In this document: positions 1 to 8,027 of the stretch, one piece after another
Position numbering within the stretch: position 1 is the first letter of the stretch
Layout: every line of letters begins with the position of its first letter
DNA from: Oscillospiraceae bacterium
GTDB taxonomy: Bacteria > Bacillota > Clostridia > Oscillospirales > CAG-272
DNA length: 64,000 nucleotides
Direction of reading: 5' to 3'
NCBI GenBank assembly: GCA_015063695.1
Contig: SVTQ01000001.1
Location: 70,311-134,310, forward strand
Position numbers and translations under genes: made by a program
The notes under the pieces: model-generated
Database searches by the model: none
What the model was told of the DNA's origin: nothing
The model's input: the letters and a program-made list of their open reading frames with translations, nothing else

Positions 1-40
1 ATGACTCCTGGAGAATGCCTGCGGCGTTTATCGTTAATTA

Positions 41-156
41 AAACGGGGCGTCGAGAACGTCGCCCACTACAAAAGAACACCAAATTTTCGGAGCTGATTT
101 GTGATCCGCTGTGACAAGAGAGCCCCAAGCTGAGATTTTTCAGCTTGGGGCTCTCT
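41..156. repeat. GC-rich palindromic (REP-like) intergenic modules
   Basis: aacggggcgtcgagaacgtcgcccactac has ggggcg/cgccc arms. It is followed by a 14-17 bp hairpin, gagccccaagctga-gatttt-tcagcttggggctc (120-153). The same architecture, with a conserved base and a different stem top, recurs at 28000-28097 and 31713-31751. Confidence 0.5.
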
Positions 157-234
157 TTATCCGTTCTTAATTCCGAAAAAGCGTTTCAGAATGGGGGCAA
201 GTATTCTCGGGCTTTTGATAACTCTTATTCTCAT
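157..234 (-). CDS. spoVM: Stage V sporulation protein M-like 25-aa peptide (below the ORF-track size cut-off)
   Basis: ATG at 234 (minus strand) with AAGGGAGAG 4 nt upstream. It translates to MRIRVIKSPRILAPILKRFFGIKNG*. This aligns without gaps to B. subtilis SpoVM as I recall it (MKFYTIKLPKFLGGIVRAMLGSFRKD), sharing M, IK, P, L, I and G positions. It lies downstream of rsgA, in the same neighbourhood as spoVM in B. subtilis. Confidence 0.6.
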   Translation of the reverse strand: MRIRVIKSPRILAPILKRFFGIKNG

Positions 235-292
235 AAAACTCTCCCTTAACAATTTCTGTTGTTAGTATATGTAAGGGAAGTTTTTTTGTTAA

Positions 293-1261
293 TCAGAGCT
301 TTTCTTCTTTTCTTCTCTTCCACTCGGGCTTCTGTTTTATCTCTTCATAGAGAAGGCAGTAGCTCTCGTGTCTCTCCTTTGGTATCTCACCGTTTTCCAC
401 TCTTTCAAGAACCGCACAGCCCTCCTCTTTGAGGTGGGTGCATTTGGTATATCTGCACTCCCCAAGGGACTCTCTGAATTCTCTGAAGGCATAGGGCAGC
501 TCTTTAAGGTCATAGAAATTGAAGCGGTTGAAGTCAAGAAGGGAAAAACCGGGAGTGTCCGCTATAAAGCATCTGTTGTTTTCAAAAACGGAAAAGACCT
601 CCGTGTGGCGTGTGGTATGGCGGCCTCTCTGGGTCTTTCGGCTGACCTCTCCCGTTTTTAAATCGAGAGCGGGAAAAAGTCTTGTGAGAAGGGTCGACTT
701 TCCTGCCGCAGATGCGCCTGCAAAAGCAGAGAGCATTATTCCCTTTTCGCTTTCATTCACGAAAAAGTCGTAGAGAGCCTCGCATCCTTCGCCCGTTGCG
801 GCGCTGAGAAGAAAGCAGTTAAAACCCACCTTTTCATAGACGGTCTTAATTCTCGTTGCTTCCTCTGGGTCAAGGTCAAGCTTATTGACTATTACCACAG
901 GCTCAATTCCCTTGGAGTCTGCTATGGAAATAAGCTTGTCCACCGTCAGAAGGTCGGGCTTCGGCTTTGCTGACGGTACGATTATAAACAGATGGGAAAG
1001 GTTAGCAATGGCAGGTCTTATAAGAGAGTTTTTTCGCTCTTCTATCTTGTCGATAACAAATCCGCTCTCTCCCTCTTCGCTGTCGGTCACCACCGTCACT
1101 CGGTCGCCCACAAGGAGAGTGATATTTTCATATCTGAAAACTCCCCTTGCCTTGCAGCGAATGTCTTCCCTGCCGTCATCGGGACGGACGGTATAAAGAC
1201 CTCCAACACCCTTTATAACGGTTCCTTTTATCTGTGTTTCTTTTGTTTTGGTCTCCTGCAT
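293..1261 (-). CDS. rsgA: Ribosome small-subunit biogenesis GTPase RsgA (YjeQ/CpgA)
   Basis: Circularly permuted GTPase order: NKLD, then GASAAGKSTLL, then DTPG. C-terminal zinc knuckle CRYTKCTHLKEEGC. Position after prkC matches Bacillus. Confidence 0.9.
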   Translation of the reverse strand: MQETKTKETQIKGTVIKGVGGLYTVRPDDGREDIRCKARGVFRYENITLLVGDRVTVVTDSEEGESGFVIDKIEERKNSLIRPAIANLSHLFIIVPSAKPKPDLLTVDKLISIADSKGIEPVVIVNKLDLDPEEATRIKTVYEKVGFNCFLLSAATGEGCEALYDFFVNESEKGIMLSAFAGASAAGKSTLLTRLFPALDLKTGEVSRKTQRGRHTTRHTEVFSVFENNRCFIADTPGFSLLDFNRFNFYDLKELPYAFREFRESLGECRYTKCTHLKEEGCAVLERVENGEIPKERHESYCLLYEEIKQKPEWKRRKEEKL

Positions 1262-1266
1262 CTCAA

Positions 1267-3192
1267 TTAAACCTCGGGCTCCTCTCCTACGGGAGCGGCA
1301 TCACCCGTGGTTTCTTCGGTACTTTCGGTGTTTTCAGCTTCGGTCGTATCTGCAGTTGTTGTATCTGCCTCAGTTTCGGTATCGGGTTCCTTTGTGGTCG
1401 TTTCGGGGGCAGGTGTTGTTTCGGGCTTCTTTGAGGTCTCAGGCTTCTTTGAAGTCTCAGGCTTCTTTGTAGTATCCTTTTCGGTTTCGCTTTCCGTTTC
1501 TGTCTCTGTGTCAAAGCCCTTGTCGGGGTCATAGTCCTTGCCGCCGCTGACGGTAAGATCTATCTTTGTGTTAGCCGCAACCTTCGTTCCCTTGTCTACA
1601 CTCTGAGAGATTACCGTACCTGCCGTCTTATCTGACTTTTCGTACTTTATCTCACCCATGCGAAGACCGCTCTCAAGTATCTTAGAGAGAGCAACTGCCT
1701 CGGTTGAGCCTACGAGGTCGGGTACTTCCGTGTCCCCCTCGGAGGGGCCGATGCTGATATAGACGGTAAGAGTTTCCCCGTCCTTTATCTTCTCTCCTGC
1801 GGCAGGTTCGGTCTTTACGACCTGACCCGATGCAAAGGCATCGTCGGTTATTTCTTCAACAGTGAACTTAATTCCCATTTCCTTGAGCTTGAGCTCTGCT
1901 CGTCTGCGTTCAAATGCCGTAATATTGGGAACGGTTAGATCCGCTTCGCTTTTGCTGACTGTAAGAGAGATCTCGCAGAAGGTTATTCCCGTTTCCACCT
2001 TTTTCTTGGAGCCTGCCTTGGGATGCTGAGAGATAATATATCCGTCGTCATACTCGCTGTCATATTCGTACTTTATCTCGACCCTGTATATGCCCGATGC
2101 GGAGAGCTCCGCAGCCAACTCTTCGGTGTAATAGTTACCTTCAAACTGAGGAACTGTTACGGTCTCTGCCTTGGACTCGGTGTTGATGATACTGCTGAAG
2201 AGAATTCCCACTGCGATCACAGCGATAATAAGGAAGGGCACTGTAACGCCAAGTACAATAGGAAGCATGGATCCGCCCGTAAAGAGCTGTTTGATAACTC
2301 CCTTGAAGCCCTTTTCCTCTTCCTTCTTTGCAGAATACTTGAAGGTTGACGAAGGATTTTCATAGAGCTTGTTGATATCGGAGAGCATTTCTCCCGCGCT
2401 CTGAAATCTTACCTCGGGCTCCTTCTCCATGGCTCTCATTATTATCTGCTGAAGTCCCATGGGAACTTCGGGGTTGACCTCTCTTGGTGATATAGCCTGT
2501 TCGTTTACCTGCATCAGAGCTACGGAAACGGGGCTTTCTGCATTGAAGGGCAGCTCTCCCGTTGCCATTTCATAGAGACAAACGCCCAGAGAATAGATAT
2601 CGCTTCTTGCATCTATGGTCTGTCCGCTTGCCTGCTCGGGGCTGATATAATAGACCGTACCGATAGCCTTATCGGTCATGGTCACGGTTTCCGCATTGGG
2701 AAGCTTTGCGATACCGAAGTCCGCAACCTTTATCTGACCGTTGCGAAGGAGCATGATGTTCTGAGGCTTTATGTCTCTGTGAACGATTCCCTTTGAATGG
2801 GCATGCTCAAGGGCGCTGAGTATCTGTCTCGCAAAGGAGAGCGTCTCCTTTACGGAGAGCACTTTTTTCTTCTGCATATAGGTCTTGAGAGTAATTCCCT
2901 CAACGTATTCCATAACGATATATTTGAGGTTTTCCTTTACGGATACCGCAAATATCTTTACGATATTGGGGTGGGACAGCATGGATACCGCCTTGGACTC
3001 GTTGATGAAGCGCTTTACGCTCTCCTCATCCTGCGCCATATCCTCTTTAAGAAGCTTTACGGCAACGTATCTTCCGTTTGTTATGTCAACGGCCTTGAAT
3101 ACTACCGCCATACCGCCGATACCGATTACTTTTTCTATTTTATATCTGCCGTCAAAAACGACACCTAAATATTTATCATATGTGTTTTCCAT
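1267..3192 (-). CDS. prkC: Ser/Thr protein kinase with extracellular PASTA repeats (PrkC/PknB type)
   Basis: Kinase motifs GIGGMAVVFKA, HRDIKPQN, DFGIA and SPEQ. One TM helix, then three PASTA-like repeats, then an acidic T/E/P-rich tail. Start moved to ATG 3192 (AGAGG, 7-nt spacer); the ORF-track start is a TTG. Confidence 0.9.
   Translation of the reverse strand: MENTYDKYLGVVFDGRYKIEKVIGIGGMAVVFKAVDITNGRYVAVKLLKEDMAQDEESVKRFINESKAVSMLSHPNIVKIFAVSVKENLKYIVMEYVEGITLKTYMQKKKVLSVKETLSFARQILSALEHAHSKGIVHRDIKPQNIMLLRNGQIKVADFGIAKLPNAETVTMTDKAIGTVYYISPEQASGQTIDARSDIYSLGVCLYEMATGELPFNAESPVSVALMQVNEQAISPREVNPEVPMGLQQIIMRAMEKEPEVRFQSAGEMLSDINKLYENPSSTFKYSAKKEEEKGFKGVIKQLFTGGSMLPIVLGVTVPFLIIAVIAVGILFSSIINTESKAETVTVPQFEGNYYTEELAAELSASGIYRVEIKYEYDSEYDDGYIISQHPKAGSKKKVETGITFCEISLTVSKSEADLTVPNITAFERRRAELKLKEMGIKFTVEEITDDAFASGQVVKTEPAAGEKIKDGETLTVYISIGPSEGDTEVPDLVGSTEAVALSKILESGLRMGEIKYEKSDKTAGTVISQSVDKGTKVAANTKIDLTVSGGKDYDPDKGFDTETETESETEKDTTKKPETSKKPETSKKPETTPAPETTTKEPDTETEADTTTADTTEAENTESTEETTGDAAPVGEEPEV
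1424..1468. repeat. 18-nt tandem repeat (2.5 copies) inside the prkC tail
   Basis: ggcttctttgaRgtctca occurs twice plus a partial third copy. On the minus strand it encodes KKPETS-KKPETS-KKPETT. Confidence 0.8.
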
Positions 3193-3219
3193 AATAATAC
3201 CTCTCTGCAACTTGAAATC

Positions 3220-4014
3220 TTAAACGGAAATAAGAACTGCCGTGATGTTGTCGCTTCCGCCGTTTTGGTTGGCGGCATCCACAAGCTCGCGGACAAGCTC
3301 TTCCGTAGTGTCGACCATGGAGGACTCGCCTTCTCTTATCATTCTGTATATCTCCTCGGGCGGCACGTGGTTTGTCAGCCCGTCGGTACACAGAAGGATA
3401 TGTATTCCCGTTGAGAAGTCGATGCCCTCTTTCTTTATTTCCGTCAGATATATATCGGGTTCAATATCGCTTTCGGTTCCCACTGCCCTTGTGATGATGT
3501 TCTTATTCATTGAATTTCTTGCTTCCTCGGCAGTCATTTTGCCGATATCCACAAGATACTGAACGTAGGAGTGGTCGTGGGTTATCTGAACTATCTTATC
3601 GCCGTCGGCAAGGTACATTCTGCTGTCTCCCACGTTTATGGTATAGATACTGTTCCCAATAACAAGAGATGCCACAAGGGTCGTTCCCATACCTTGAAGG
3701 TCGGGATCCTCTTTTGCTCTTTCATAGACCTCGTAGTTGGCGTTATATACTCCCTCAAGAAGCACTTCAGCCACTTCGTATTCACCGGGCATCTTACTGC
3801 TTCTGTCAAGGTGCTTCATCATGGAGTCAACGGTCTCAACAAACTTTTCAACGGCAAGTCTGCTTGCAACCTGACCGCCCGAGGCTCCGCCCATGCCGTC
3901 ACATACGACACCGAGCACGGCACCGCATCTGTATTTCTTTACGTTGAAGCTGTCCTGATTTGTGGAACGCCTCATTCCTATGTCACTTATTCCCGAAAAA
4001 TACAAGGCTGTCAC
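3220..4014 (-). CDS. prpC: PP2C-family Ser/Thr phosphatase (PrpC/Stp)
   Basis: RSTNQDSF, VCDGMGG, LLCTDGL and GGSDNITAVL motifs. The GTG start overlaps the rlmN stop (GTGA), suggesting translational coupling. Confidence 0.9.
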   Translation of the reverse strand: MTALYFSGISDIGMRRSTNQDSFNVKKYRCGAVLGVVCDGMGGASGGQVASRLAVEKFVETVDSMMKHLDRSSKMPGEYEVAEVLLEGVYNANYEVYERAKEDPDLQGMGTTLVASLVIGNSIYTINVGDSRMYLADGDKIVQITHDHSYVQYLVDIGKMTAEEARNSMNKNIITRAVGTESDIEPDIYLTEIKKEGIDFSTGIHILLCTDGLTNHVPPEEIYRMIREGESSMVDTTEELVRELVDAANQNGGSDNITAVLISV

Positions 4015-5087
4015 CTCTTTTCTTTTGAACTTTTAAGTCTCAGCTGACCGCAGGAGGCGTTGATATCGCTTCCGAGCCTTCTTCTGACCGTTGCGTTTAC
4101 GCCCTTTGAACAGAGGCGCTTACAGAAAGCGTCGGCTCTTTCCTTCTGGACGGAAACGAATTTTGTTTCGCTCACTTCGTTGAGCATAATAAGATTTACG
4201 TGGCAGGGACAGGACATGCCTTTTTTTATTACGGATGCAAGTTTATCCGCATCCTCAAAGCTGTCGTTCTGCCCTGCTATAAGGGTATATTCAAAGGACA
4301 CACGTCTGCCCGTTGTTTCAAAATAATATCTGCAGGCTGAGAGAAGCTCGTCAATGCCGTACTTATTGTTTATGGGCATAAGAGAGGAGCGCCTTTCGTC
4401 CTCTGCCGCATGGAGAGATACGGAAAGAGTTACGGGAAGACCTTCCTCTGCCAGCTTTCTTATCTTCGGCACAAGTCCGCAGGTCGAAACCGAGATATGT
4501 CTCAGTCCTATATTCAGCCCCTTCTCTGCGGAAACGAGCTTTAAGAACTTTATGGTGTTATCGTAGTTATCGAGGGGCTCGCCTATTCCCATCATAACGA
4601 TACCGCCTACGCGAAGTCCCGTATCGCGGCTTATGACCGCTATCTGACCCAGTATTTCGGAAGGCTCAAGGTCACGGTTTCTGCCGTTTAAGGTCGAAGC
4701 GCAGAAGCGGCATCCCATACGGCATCCTGCCTGACAGGACACGCAGACGGTGTTTCCGTGCTCATACTGCATGAAAACGCTTTCAACGCACTCGCCGTCC
4801 ACCATTTCCATAAGATATTTAATTGTTCCGTCAAGCTTTGAAACAAGCCTTTCGGCAATTTTCGGAAGTCTGTAAAGAGCCTTTTCGCAAAGCTTCTTTT
4901 TGAAGGAAGCAGGAAGGTTCTTCATTTCCGAAACGGGCGCGCCCTTCTGCATCCATCCGTAAAGCTGAGCCGCTCTGAAGCGTGGCTCGCCGAGCTCTTC
5001 GACTACAAATCTTTCAAGCTCGCTCTCGGTCATGGAGAGGATATCGGCACCCTGCATATTTACGTTCTCTTTTATGTTTTCTGTCAT
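4011..5087 (-). CDS. rlmN: 23S rRNA/tRNA A2503 C2-methyltransferase RlmN (radical SAM)
   Basis: Radical-SAM cluster CxxxCxxC (GCRMGCRFCAS) and a C-terminal catalytic Cys (DINASCGQL). Synteny with yloN. Confidence 0.9.
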   Translation of the reverse strand: MTENIKENVNMQGADILSMTESELERFVVEELGEPRFRAAQLYGWMQKGAPVSEMKNLPASFKKKLCEKALYRLPKIAERLVSKLDGTIKYLMEMVDGECVESVFMQYEHGNTVCVSCQAGCRMGCRFCASTLNGRNRDLEPSEILGQIAVISRDTGLRVGGIVMMGIGEPLDNYDNTIKFLKLVSAEKGLNIGLRHISVSTCGLVPKIRKLAEEGLPVTLSVSLHAAEDERRSSLMPINNKYGIDELLSACRYYFETTGRRVSFEYTLIAGQNDSFEDADKLASVIKKGMSCPCHVNLIMLNEVSETKFVSVQKERADAFCKRLCSKGVNATVRRRLGSDINASCGQLRLKSSKEKR

Positions 5088-5130
5088 AGCTTCAGGTTTT
5101 CCGCTGCGTGGGCGGTTTATATGTGGATTG

Positions 5131-6456
5131 TTACTTATTTTTCACCATTTTTGCGGCGAAGAAGCCGTCCGTCCCGTGGATATGAGGATAGAAGGTCATC
5201 ATTCCGTCCTCTGCCGTAAGGCTTTCACCGAGTTCAGCGGGGACAAGGGAAAATTCGGGGTTTTCCAAAAGGAAATTTTTAACAACTTCCTCGTTTTCAA
5301 GAGGGTTTACGGTGCAGGTGGAATACACAAGCACTCCGCCTTTCTTCACGTACTTTGAGGCTCCCGTCAGAACGCGGAGCTGAACGGTGGGAAGTCTTTC
5401 TATATCGGAAATACTCTTATACTTTATGTCGGGCTTCTTGGCAATTACTCCAAGTCCCGAGCAGGGCGCGTCACAGAGCACTCTGTCCGCTTTTCCGATA
5501 AGATTTTCGTCGGGGTCCGTTGCATCGCGGCATGAGGCTTTGATACAGGAAAGGCCGAGTTTTTCCGCTCCCTTCGTTATAAGGGAAACTTTATTCTTAT
5601 GAAGATCAAAGGAGTAGACCGTCCCTTCGTTTTTCATATCGATTGCGATCGAGAAGGATTTTCCTCCGGGAGCGGCGCAGGTATCGATTACCGTTTCGCC
5701 CGCCTTCGGGTCAAGCATTTTGACCGTTAGTCTTGATGCTCCGTCCTGAACGAAATATCTTCCGTCGGGAGAAAAAGGCGCACCGAGAGCTTTGACTTCG
5801 ATAAGGTCGTTTGAAAGCCCGCTTACCTTTCCTTCGGGAAATACTTCGGAAATAACCTCTTCGGCGTTCGCCTTTATTGTGTTGACTCTAATGGTGACGG
5901 GGGTTTCTCGAAGGGTGCCTGAAATGACCTTCTCCGCCGTTTCTCTGTCAAAAACAGAGAGGAAGAAGCGGCAAAGCTCCGCGGGGCAGGAATATTTTAC
6001 CGCCAGATGATCTTCGGCATCTGTCTCAGAAGGAAGCTCATACTGCTTATTTCTTCTTATAAACTCACGAAGGAGGGCGTTTACAAAGCCCTTTGAGCTC
6101 TTCGGGGATATAGCAACAGTTTCGGAAACTGCCGCGTGGTCGGGAATTCTGTCCATGAAAAGGAGCTGATAAATTCCCAGCCTCAGAATATTTAAGGTAT
6201 CGGCATCTATCTTCTCAAGGGGTCTTGAAGAAAGCCCTGCGATTATATAGTCAAGGGTCATAAGCCTTTCGGTGACACCGTAGACAAGTCTTGTGAAAAG
6301 CCCTCTGTCAGCTCCTTCAAATTGATATTTTTCAAGAGCTGAGGATATTTCAAGGTTTGAATATTTACCGTGCCTGAAGCATGCGGAAAGGGACTTTGCC
6401 GCCGCTTCTCTGACGGTAACTTCTTTGTTTTTCATTTTAGTATTTTCAGATCTCAT
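5131..6456 (-). CDS. rsmB: 16S rRNA m5C967 methyltransferase RsmB (Sun)
   Basis: N-terminal NusB-like domain. SAM-MTase motifs DTCAAPGGKS, DAPCSG and YSTCT. Confidence 0.85.
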   Translation of the reverse strand: MRSENTKMKNKEVTVREAAAKSLSACFRHGKYSNLEISSALEKYQFEGADRGLFTRLVYGVTERLMTLDYIIAGLSSRPLEKIDADTLNILRLGIYQLLFMDRIPDHAAVSETVAISPKSSKGFVNALLREFIRRNKQYELPSETDAEDHLAVKYSCPAELCRFFLSVFDRETAEKVISGTLRETPVTIRVNTIKANAEEVISEVFPEGKVSGLSNDLIEVKALGAPFSPDGRYFVQDGASRLTVKMLDPKAGETVIDTCAAPGGKSFSIAIDMKNEGTVYSFDLHKNKVSLITKGAEKLGLSCIKASCRDATDPDENLIGKADRVLCDAPCSGLGVIAKKPDIKYKSISDIERLPTVQLRVLTGASKYVKKGGVLVYSTCTVNPLENEEVVKNFLLENPEFSLVPAELGESLTAEDGMMTFYPHIHGTDGFFAAKMVKNK

Positions 6457-6500
6457 AAAGTTTCTTCGCGTTTCTTAATTATTTATACCGAACTCCGCCG

Positions 6501-7445
6501 TCAGTTTTTTTCGCCGAGAACGTCGCCCTCTGCAATTCTACGTCCTCTCACAAAATCTGCGGCCTTCATTTTGCCCTTGCCCTCGGGAATTACTTCTTTT
6601 ACAAGGAGAACTCCTTCACCGCAGGCAACCGCAAAGCCCTCTGAGTCGGCGGAAATGACCGTACCGGGTGCCGCATCGGACTTTTTGTCACAGCAGACAG
6701 AGCCGCAGGTTATCTGAAGCATCTTTCCGTCGGGAAGATAGGTGAATGCTCGGGGGAAAGGGTAAAGTCCGCGTATCTTATTACAGACACAGCATGCAGA
6801 AGCACCAAAGTCTATAATTCTGTCTTCTTTTAAGATCTTTGCAGCATAGGTCGCTTTTGTATCGTCCTGCTTTTCTCGGGGAATACATCCGCACTTTGCC
6901 GCTTCGATAGTTCTGAGAATTGCCTTGCATCCGCAGAGTGCAAGCTTATCGTGGAGAGTTTCAAAATTATCCTCGTCGGTAATATCCGTTTTTTCCACGA
7001 AAATAACGTCGCCCGTATCAAGACCCTCGTCCATATACATGGCGCAGACTCCGCTCTCACACTTGCCGTCCATTATCGCTCTCTGGATGGGCGCAGCTCC
7101 TCTGTATTCGGGGAGAATGGAGCCGTGGGCATTTATACATCCGAACTTCGGATAATCTATGATGTAAGCAGGAAGAATTTTTCCGTAAGCGGCAACTACT
7201 ATCATTTCGGGATCAAGCTCACGGAGTGTGGGAAGGAAAGCCTCGTCCTTCATGGTCTCGGGCTGGAAAACGGGAAGTCCCTTTTCTTCAGCGTAGACCT
7301 TAACGGGAGGCGCGACCATGGCATATCCTCTGCCTTTGGGCTTGTCGGGCTGAGTTACGACACCGACTATCTCCTCGCCTGCTTCATATATGCTTTTAAG
7401 AATTTCAAGGGCAAAATCGGGAGTGCCCATAAAAAGTATTTTCAT
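6501..7445 (-). CDS. fmt: Methionyl-tRNA formyltransferase
   Basis: MKILFMGTPDFA N-terminus, NAHGSILPEYRGAAPIQ motif, and a position downstream of def. Start set to ATG 7445 (GAGGTG RBS). Confidence 0.9.
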   Translation of the reverse strand: MKILFMGTPDFALEILKSIYEAGEEIVGVVTQPDKPKGRGYAMVAPPVKVYAEEKGLPVFQPETMKDEAFLPTLRELDPEMIVVAAYGKILPAYIIDYPKFGCINAHGSILPEYRGAAPIQRAIMDGKCESGVCAMYMDEGLDTGDVIFVEKTDITDEDNFETLHDKLALCGCKAILRTIEAAKCGCIPREKQDDTKATYAAKILKEDRIIDFGASACCVCNKIRGLYPFPRAFTYLPDGKMLQITCGSVCCDKKSDAAPGTVISADSEGFAVACGEGVLLVKEVIPEGKGKMKAADFVRGRRIAEGDVLGEKN

Positions 7446-7468
7446 TTTTGTCACCTCGCATCGGGTCC

Positions 7469-7951
7469 TTACTCTCCGAACAGCTCGTCTATTTCCCTCT
7501 GTGTGAGCATGTGCACCGCTTCATCGGAGAACACCTTGCCGTCAAGATGGTCTATCTCGTGACAGAAGGCTCTCGCCTTAAGGCCGGTACCCGTTACGGT
7601 GTACTCTTTTCCGTGTCTGTCAAGGGCTCTGACCGTTACCTTTTCGGGACGCTTTGTATATCCCCACTTGCCGGGAAGAGAGAGGCAGCCTTCAAGCTCT
7701 TCCTGCTCGCCTTCGGCTTCAATAATTTCGGGGTTTATCATTTCGTAAAGCTCGCCCTCTTCAACTTCAACAAGACAGATGCGGCGCACTACTCCCACCT
7801 GAGGAGCCGCAAGACCGACACCGTCAGCATCGTGGAGAGTTTCTATCATATCGTCAAGAAGGGTGAGTATTCTGGGGGTTATCTCTATTACGGGACGGCA
7901 CTTCTTGCGAAGCACCTCGTCACCGAGTTTTACTATATTAAGCTTTGCCAT
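7469..7951 (-). CDS. def: Peptide deformylase
   Basis: The three PDF motifs GVGLAAPQ, EGCLS and HEIDHL are all present. Confidence 0.92.
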   Translation of the reverse strand: MAKLNIVKLGDEVLRKKCRPVIEITPRILTLLDDMIETLHDADGVGLAAPQVGVVRRICLVEVEEGELYEMINPEIIEAEGEQEELEGCLSLPGKWGYTKRPEKVTVRALDRHGKEYTVTGTGLKARAFCHEIDHLDGKVFSDEAVHMLTQREIDELFGE

Positions 7952-8027
7952 TGTAAAATCTCCTTTCGGATCAGTCAGTAAGGCGGAAGACCGCCCGTGT
8001 TATGTATTATACGATACCGTCAGCACC

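Noticed and set aside
1-114. A frame-1 ORF starting at the first base (MTPGECLRRLSLIKTGRRERRPLQKNTKFSELICDPL*).
   Set aside because: It reads straight through the GC-rich palindromic repeat (aacggggcgtcgag...cgccc). Peptides of this type are the usual artefact of translating such repeats. I cannot exclude the 3' end of a gene upstream of the window, but nothing supports it.
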